From an uncultured Gammaproteobacteria bacterium (lineage in GTDB: Bacteria; Patescibacteriota; Patescibacteriia; Magasanikbacterales; GWA2-37-8), in the NCBI GenBank assembly GCA_964496095.1, contig CAZBWU010000004.1:21366-85365 (forward strand): 64,000 nt of DNA. The letters run 5' to 3'. Of this stretch, positions 58,563 to 64,000 are shown piece after piece. Position 1 is the stretch's first letter; each line of letters opens with the position of its first letter. Made by a program: the position numbers and the translations under genes. The notes under the pieces were generated by a model that saw only the letters and a program-made list of their open reading frames with translations, was not told the DNA's origin and did no database searches.

Positions 58563-59708
58563 ATGATCACTCATAGAGTTACCACTCAACTTGCGCCTGA
58601 ACCGCCAGTGCGTTTTTATCGTACTATTGCTGTTACTTTTTTAGTTGTCACTTTGCTTTTGTTAGGTGTGATAATATTTTTTACTTCCAAAAAAGCTTCT
58701 ATTGTTATTGTTGCCAAGACTGATAATAAAAATGTAAATCTAATGGTAGATGTTGGTGAAAGAAAAAATGGCGACATGTCTATTTTAGGTCTTGTGACCA
58801 CTACTAAGTTTAGTTATTCTCAAAGATATTCTCCAACCGGAAATAAAACAACCGATGGTCTGGCTGGTGGGGAAGTGACTTTGTATAATGAAACTTCTGC
58901 TCCGCAAACTTTGGTAAAGACTACTAGGCTACTCACATCTAGTGGTGTTTTGTTCCACTTATCAAATCAAGTTATTGTGCCAGCTAAAGGAGATGTAGTC
59001 GCTACGGTCTATGCAGATCAACCGGGAGTGACTGGTAATATTGGTCCAAGCAAGTTTACTATACCAGGTCTTAATGAAGAAAAACAAAAAGTTATTTATG
59101 CTTCCAGCGACAAAGATATGAGTGGAGGTGTTCGCACTATCGGTGTGCTTAGCGCTGAAGATATCAAATCCGCCAAAGTTGATTTCTCAACCAAGATAAA
59201 ACAAGCTGTAGAAAAATCTTTGTCTCCAGTTGGTTCGTATAATCAAAAATTACTTTTTGTTCCGGACAATAACGTAGTAGTTGATAAAGATATTGGTCAA
59301 GAAGTTTCTGAATTTAATTTGTCTGGCACGAGCACTGTAGTAGTTGTGTATTACAATAACGAAGACCTCAAAACACTTTTATCAAAAGAAGTTGCGAATC
59401 GAGTTGATGCCACTACCGAAAAAGCTTTGTCTATCGGTAAAGATTCTCAAGTGACACTAGCTAGTTATGATTTGGAAAAACAAAAAGCGCAATTATCAGT
59501 TTATCAGGATGTGCTTGTTACCTTAGATGTTAATGCTGAAAAATTAGCCGTAAATAATTTCTTTGGCAAGAAAAAAGATGAAATAGAAAGGTATGTTTTT
59601 GGTCTCGGCCATGTGGTCGGAGTAGATGTTAAGTTTTCACCTGGTTGGATCCGCACTGCGCCATCAGTTCCAGACAAGGTGCAGGTAGTGGTGAAAAATG
59701 TAGAGTAA
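58563..59708 (+). CDS. Hypothetical membrane-anchored protein with a large extracytoplasmic domain
   Basis: Single N-terminal TM (IAVTFLVVTLLLLGVIIFFTS), beta-rich Thr/Val/Ser-rich remainder; no recognisable domain. Confidence 0.4.
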   Translation: MITHRVTTQLAPEPPVRFYRTIAVTFLVVTLLLLGVIIFFTSKKASIVIVAKTDNKNVNLMVDVGERKNGDMSILGLVTTTKFSYSQRYSPTGNKTTDGLAGGEVTLYNETSAPQTLVKTTRLLTSSGVLFHLSNQVIVPAKGDVVATVYADQPGVTGNIGPSKFTIPGLNEEKQKVIYASSDKDMSGGVRTIGVLSAEDIKSAKVDFSTKIKQAVEKSLSPVGSYNQKLLFVPDNNVVVDKDIGQEVSEFNLSGTSTVVVVYYNNEDLKTLLSKEVANRVDATTEKALSIGKDSQVTLASYDLEKQKAQLSVYQDVLVTLDVNAEKLAVNNFFGKKKDEIERYVFGLGHVVGVDVKFSPGWIRTAPSVPDKVQVVVKNVE

Positions 59709-59716
59709 TTGACTCT

Positions 59717-59763
59717 GTTAAATCCCCGCTAAGCGGGGTCGCCGAAGGCGAATTTAACTGGGT
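59717..59763 (+). repeat. 47-nt direct repeat, copy 1 (GTTAAATCCCCGCTAAGCGGGGTCGCCGAAGGCGAATTTAACTGGGT)
   Basis: Identical to 59878-59924. Internally palindromic: CCCCGCTAAGCGGGG and TCGCCGAAGGCGA hairpins nested inside GTTAAAT...ATTTAAC. Confidence 0.7.
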
Positions 59764-59877
59764 TGACAATCTAATTGGTTTAGATTAAGATAAATTAAAA
59801 GCGCGTTAATAAGAGAACCAGCCCAGTTGTGCAAAGCGCAATATGGTACCACTCTCTGAGTGCTTGTAGTTCACCCC

Positions 59878-59924
59878 GTTAAATCCCCGCTAAGCGGGGT
59901 CGCCGAAGGCGAATTTAACTGGGT
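59878..59924 (+). repeat. 47-nt direct repeat, copy 2
   Basis: 47/47 identical to copy 1; separated by a unique spacer of about 114 nt. Confidence 0.7.
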
Positions 59925-59971
59925 AAAAAAGTGAAACGTTCGGGTGGAACCGTCTTAAATAACATTTAGGA

Positions 59972-60009
59972 CCCCGATATACAGAATTTTTGTATATCGG
60001 GGTTTTTGT
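59972..60009 (+). terminator. Rho-independent terminator upstream of thrS
   Basis: CCCCGATATAC-AGAATTTTT-GTATATCGGGG-TTTTT. Confidence 0.7.
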
Positions 60010-60096
60010 TTAAATAAATTTAATTTAATAAATCGACTAAACAAAGTACACATATATTCATTCGCCCCGCTTAGCGGGGGCTAACTCATTTCGTAT

Positions 60097-61851
60097 ATGA
60101 ACCCAGAAAAATTAGACCACATGCGCCACTCTGCCGCTCACATGCTTGCTGCTGCGGTGTTAGAATTATACCCAGGCACCAAACTGGCTATTGGTCCAAC
60201 CATTGAAAATGGTTTTTATTATGATTTCAAATTTCCAGAAGGCGTTTCGGTTTCAGAAAATGATTTGGAAAAAATTGAAGAAAAAATGAAGAGTATTGCT
60301 AGTGGAGCGCATTCTTTTGTGCGCAAAGAAGTTTCTGTAGATGAAGCCAAAAATTTTGAAAAAGATCAGCAATTTAAATTGGAACTTATTGAGGATTTTG
60401 CTAAAGAAAGTAAAACGCTTACTTTGTATGAATCAGGTCCTTTTACTGATCTGTGTCGTGGTGGCCATGCGGAAAACACAAAAGAGATTCCGCTTGATGG
60501 TTTGAAACTACATAAAGTAGCTGGGGCTTATTGGCGTGGGAGTGAAAAAAATCCTATGTTAACCAGAATTTACGGGTTATTGTTTGCCAACAAGAATGAG
60601 CTAGATGAGTATTTGGCAATGCTTGAAGAAGCCAAAAAACGAGATCATCGCAAGATTGGTCAAGAACAAAATTTGTTCTTTTTTGATGATCTAATTGGTA
60701 AAGGTTTAGTCTTATGGCAACCAAATGGCACAATTATTCGTGATGAAGTAGAAAAATTTGCTAAGGAAGTTGAGCAGCAGTATGGTTATGTGCGTGTGTC
60801 TACTCCGCATTTAGCAAAAGAAGAAACCTATCTTACTTCCGGTCACTTACCATACTATAAAGATAGTATGTATCCGGCTATGGTTATGGATGATGGTACC
60901 TATTATCTCAAAGCCATGAACTGTCCTCACCACCATGTGATTTATCGTCATGAGATGCGAAGTTACCGCAGTCTACCTGTGCGTATTGCCGAATACGGCA
61001 CTTGTTATCGTAATGAACTTTCGGGCGCTTTGGCTGGATTGTTGCGTGTACGTGCGCTTACTATGAATGACGCCCACATATATTGCCGCAAGGATCAGAT
61101 TAAACAAGAGTTTAGAAGTGTGTTAGAAATGACCATGCAGTACTTTAAAGTTTTTGGTCTATCAAATTACTGGTTCCGTTTGTCAAAATGGAGTTCTGCG
61201 CATACTGATAAATATATCAATGAACCAGAGAACTGGGAAATTGCCGAACAGTCTTTGCGAGAAGTATTGCAAGAAATGGGAGTGCAGTTTACTGAAGCCG
61301 AAGACGAAGCTGCTTTTTATGGACCAAAGGTGGATGTGCAGTTTAAGTCTGTGGTTGGTCGAGAAGAGACAATGTCTACGGTCCAGCTTGATTTTGCGGC
61401 CAAGAAACGGTTTGAACTTAAGTATACTGATGAAACTGGCCAGGAAAATAATGAAGTATTTGTTATTCACCGCGCCCCGTTATCTACCCATGAACGCTTT
61501 ATGGCTTTTTTGATTGAGCATTATGCCGGCGTATGGCCACTATGGCTTTCACCTGTACAAGTGTTACTTGCTCCAGTTTCTTCTAAGCACGTAGATGGCG
61601 CTAGGGTTTTGCTTAAAGAATTAGAAGAAGCAGGTATCCGTGTCGCGACAGACGAAGCCGACGAAACTATTGGCAATAAAGTTCGAAAAGCCGCTGGGCA
61701 GAAAATTCCTTATATCGTGGTCGTGGGAGATAAAGAGCTTGGCGGTGAGCCCTGGATGATTAGGGTGCGGGGTCAAAAGGATCAAGTTCAGATGACTAAG
61801 CAAGAATTCATAGAAAGAGTAAAGAAAGAAATTAAGGAAAAAATTAGCTGA
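60097..61851 (+). CDS. thrS: Threonine--tRNA ligase (lacks the N-terminal TGS domain)
   Basis: Editing-domain HSAAHML motif, class II core (motif 2/3), C-terminal anticodon-binding domain; 584 aa. Confidence 0.9.
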   Translation: MNPEKLDHMRHSAAHMLAAAVLELYPGTKLAIGPTIENGFYYDFKFPEGVSVSENDLEKIEEKMKSIASGAHSFVRKEVSVDEAKNFEKDQQFKLELIEDFAKESKTLTLYESGPFTDLCRGGHAENTKEIPLDGLKLHKVAGAYWRGSEKNPMLTRIYGLLFANKNELDEYLAMLEEAKKRDHRKIGQEQNLFFFDDLIGKGLVLWQPNGTIIRDEVEKFAKEVEQQYGYVRVSTPHLAKEETYLTSGHLPYYKDSMYPAMVMDDGTYYLKAMNCPHHHVIYRHEMRSYRSLPVRIAEYGTCYRNELSGALAGLLRVRALTMNDAHIYCRKDQIKQEFRSVLEMTMQYFKVFGLSNYWFRLSKWSSAHTDKYINEPENWEIAEQSLREVLQEMGVQFTEAEDEAAFYGPKVDVQFKSVVGREETMSTVQLDFAAKKRFELKYTDETGQENNEVFVIHRAPLSTHERFMAFLIEHYAGVWPLWLSPVQVLLAPVSSKHVDGARVLLKELEEAGIRVATDEADETIGNKVRKAAGQKIPYIVVVGDKELGGEPWMIRVRGQKDQVQMTKQEFIERVKKEIKEKIS

Positions 61852-61879
61852 GATTAGCCTAAATTTGGCTAAAATCTAT

Positions 61880-61908
61880 TGACAAAATGGGCAAAATTTG
61901 ATATAATA
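61880..61908 (+). promoter_or_regulatory. Perfect-consensus sigma70 promoter
   Basis: TTGACA, 17 nt, TATAAT; drives the 61920-62180 unit. Confidence 0.65.
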
Positions 61909-61919
61909 TATTTTATAAA

Positions 61920-62180
61920 CCTCCTTAAGTTTAAGAGTAAAATATAAGGGAGAAAGAGCTACGCCCCGGGAAATAAGAGCTGGTCTTAACAAAGCGGCTG
62001 AGATTAAAAGCCAGAGACGGGCATTGGTTGGCGAACCTTCTTATAAAACAGGAACAGTCAGGCAAGGTAAGCCTATTGAAGTGGTGCATGTTATATCTGC
62101 CGATCACGCAGAAGAAGCGCTAAGAATAGCTAGTAGTAATTATGGTGGTTTAAGTGAGAAAGAAACTGATATAAATTAAA
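61920..62180 (+). other. Promoter-to-terminator unit with an 86-codon open frame that lacks ATG (either a small protein with a non-canonical start or a ncRNA)
   Basis: Stop-free frame from 61920 to TAA at 62178 (...KYKGERATPREIRAGLNKAAEIKSQRRALVGEPSYKTGTVRQGKPIEVVHVISADHAEEALRIASSNYGGLSEKETDIN). RBS-like AAGGGAG at about 61947 but no ATG; only an internal TTG. Confidence 0.3.
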
Positions 62181-62192
62181 ATTTAAAAATAA

Positions 62193-62226
62193 AAAACATC
62201 CAAAAAATAAAAGGATGTTTTTTAAT
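62193..62226 (+). terminator. Rho-independent terminator before miaA
   Basis: AAAAAACATCC-AAAAAATAAAA-GGATGTTTTTT. Confidence 0.7.
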
Positions 62227-62234
62227 CCTAAAAC

Positions 62235-63152
62235 ATGCAAAATATTTTGCCAAAAATTATAATCATTCTTGGTCCCACCGCTTCTGGTAAGACAGGCCTT
62301 GGTTTGTTGTTGGCAAAAAAATATAACGGCGAAATAATCTCTGCGGACTCTCGTCAGGTCTATAAAAAAATGGATATTGGGACGGCGAAGACGATAGGTG
62401 AGTGGGTAAATGATGACTATATTGTTGATGGTATCCCGCATCACCTGATAGATATTATAAATCCAGATATAGATTTTAGTTTGGCGGATTTTAAGAAAAT
62501 GGCCGTTGATTCTATAAATGGTATTTTAAAAAGAGGTAAATTGCCGATTGTGGTCGGAGGTACTGGTTTGTATATTTGGGCTTTGGTAGATAATTTGGAT
62601 ATCCCCAAAACTCAGCCTGATAATACGTTAAGGGGAGGGCTAGAAAGGAAACCACTAGTAGAGTTGGTAAACATGCTAACCGAAAAGGATCCAGAGAGCG
62701 CCCAAAAAATAGACCTAAAAAATCCTCGTCGTGTTATTCGTGCCCTTGAAGTAGTAATGACTACGGGTCAATCTTTTTTTAATCAACGGACAAAATCAAA
62801 TCCGCTTTTTGAAGCTTTGCAAATTGGGCTTGATGTACCAAAAGAAGAATTATTTAAGCGTATTAATGAAAGGGTTGATAGGCAGATTGAAGCAGGGCTA
62901 GTTGAAGAAGTAAAGCAACTTGTTAATGATGGTTATAGTTGGGATTTGCCTAGTATGAGTGGAATTGGGTATAGACAAATCGGGTTGCATTTGAGAGGTG
63001 AAGTGACGTTAGCAGAAGCTATGGAAATATTAAAACAAGATACTCGGCAATATGCCAAACGACAGATGACTTGGTTTAAGAGGGATAAGCGGATACAGTG
63101 GGTAAAGAATATAGAAGAGGCAGAGAAAAAAGTCACAGATTTTTTAACATAA
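62235..63152 (+). CDS. miaA: tRNA dimethylallyltransferase
   Basis: P-loop ILGPTASGKT, ...ISADSRQVYK..DIGTAK... MiaA core; 305 aa. Confidence 0.9.
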   Translation: MQNILPKIIIILGPTASGKTGLGLLLAKKYNGEIISADSRQVYKKMDIGTAKTIGEWVNDDYIVDGIPHHLIDIINPDIDFSLADFKKMAVDSINGILKRGKLPIVVGGTGLYIWALVDNLDIPKTQPDNTLRGGLERKPLVELVNMLTEKDPESAQKIDLKNPRRVIRALEVVMTTGQSFFNQRTKSNPLFEALQIGLDVPKEELFKRINERVDRQIEAGLVEEVKQLVNDGYSWDLPSMSGIGYRQIGLHLRGEVTLAEAMEILKQDTRQYAKRQMTWFKRDKRIQWVKNIEEAEKKVTDFLT

Positions 63153-63200
63153 TACTTCGGCAAACCACCCCTACCCCTCCTTGGAAAGGAGGGGATTTGA

Positions 63201-64000
63201 CTACGGTTTAATTGGAGTTTCATCTCCCATAAAATCAAGCTTCTCGCCAGAAACCATATCATCAGCCTGGACAAGAACTTTGGAAACCAGTAATTCTTGA
63301 GCGGGATCGGTTTTGTTAATAGTGATTGTAATTGGTAAAGCCAGCACATCTACACTATCTGGCATCTCGGCAATAGTCCAAGTAATTTTTTTGGTTTTAG
63401 CGTCAAATTTTACTTCTCCAGCTGGGGTTGGTGTTGGTAATTCTACATTTACATCTCCGATTATATCAGCAGAAAGAATTATATTTTTGAGCGGGTGGAA
63501 ATTATTAGTTAAGACCCAGTTGATTTTGTGCGCTAAGCCATTGGCGCTATCACGTGCTTCAAATTTAAGATCGGAATTTACAGTAATAGCTATTTGGTTG
63601 CTGGAAATTTTTTGATCCTTTTTGTCAGCGTCTTTAAATGCTAATTCTGCTAAGGCGATGATTTTATTGGAATCTTTCAAGTCTGATAAATTGATGGCGG
63701 TCGCATCTCGTAGTGGTAATACTACATCAATCGTTATTTCTTGGCCTTTTTTTAATGATGCAAGAGCCGGGATTTTTGCCTTGTCCCAAGTAATTTCTCC
63801 GCGCCTGATGCTGTCGCTGATTTGAGAGCCGACAATGTTGCCGTCATATTTATCTTCTATCTTTGCCCAATTGAGGAGCGTTTGTTTTTTGATAGCTGGA
63901 CCATTGAGTCCAAGCTTGAGCACAGCGTTATCTATATCTTCATCGCTAGTATTTTTTATAGTAAGAGTCATGTTTAGCTCGCCACCAGGTTGAATGCTAA
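63201..64000 (-). CDS. Hypothetical protein. Its N-terminus is truncated by the window edge: the frame stays open upstream of the annotated Met to 64000.
   Basis: Stop-free reading frame continues past 63971 to the window end; beta-rich, Asp/Lys/Thr-rich; no recognisable domain. Confidence 0.4.
   Translation of the reverse strand, partial: SIQPGGELNMTLTIKNTSDEDIDNAVLKLGLNGPAIKKQTLLNWAKIEDKYDGNIVGSQISDSIRRGEITWDKAKIPALASLKKGQEITIDVVLPLRDATAINLSDLKDSNKIIALAELAFKDADKKDQKISSNQIAITVNSDLKFEARDSANGLAHKINWVLTNNFHPLKNIILSADIIGDVNVELPTPTPAGEVKFDAKTKKITWTIAEMPDSVDVLALPITITINKTDPAQELLVSKVLVQADDMVSGEKLDFMGDETPIKP

Noticed and set aside
59717-59924. Possible CRISPR array (two identical 47-nt repeats)
   Set aside because: There are only two repeats, 47 nt long, with a unique spacer of about 114 nt. 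The repeats are internally palindromic with two hairpins, and no cas genes are nearby. This does not fit CRISPR geometry.
59925-60096. T-box leader upstream of thrS
   Set aside because: There is no T-box consensus (AATTAGGGTGGNACCGCG) and no specifier/antiterminator architecture, only a simple terminator and a short palindrome.

Overview
The window reads as an AT-rich, gene-dense bacterial chromosome segment with short intergenic spacers, and its overall look is typical of a small-genome CPR/Patescibacteria-like organism (inference). Several features point that way: an unlinked 23S-5S rRNA operon driven by its own consensus promoter, a roughly 300-nt group-I-like intron inside the 23S gene, dispersed tRNA genes, and many small secreted pilin-like proteins. 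About 70 protein genes, 11 tRNAs, the 23S and 5S rRNAs, several consensus sigma70 promoters and clear rho-independent terminators are supported. Unless a feature says otherwise, CDS coordinates are taken from the supplied ORF track. Coordinates I derived by hand (tRNAs, terminators, promoters, repeats, alternative starts) may be off by one or two bases.

Confidently recognised housekeeping genes: a 5'-truncated B12-dependent ribonucleotide reductase with a PduO-type adenosyltransferase next to it; galU; rpsO, then an inserted NYN-domain gene, then pnp; glmS with a GlmU-N-like nucleotidyltransferase; a tdh-kbl pair; rluA-family synthase; rnc, nusB, rpmF; topA; dprA; pth; der; an LCP-family protein; thrS; miaA; FemAB-family glycyltransferase.

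The most unusual content:
- A tandem array of nine paralogous VirB2/TrbC-like pilin genes (9737-14105 plus 15523-15876). They share a two-helix anchor around a conserved WMTA...EEK core, and their ectodomains are hypervariable, some very cysteine-rich. The array sits next to a separate type-IV-pilin-like cluster (3490-7318).
- A compact gene set resembling citryl-CoA synthetase plus citryl-CoA lyase (a split ATP-citrate-lyase arrangement), with a semiSWEET-like 3-TM gene embedded in it (37182-40218).
- Families of dispersed structured intergenic repeats, one of which shows compensatory base changes between its two copies.
- A GC-rich, hairpin-dense 480-nt segment with no ORF (29040-29520) and a promoter-to-terminator unit with no ATG ORF (61879-62226).
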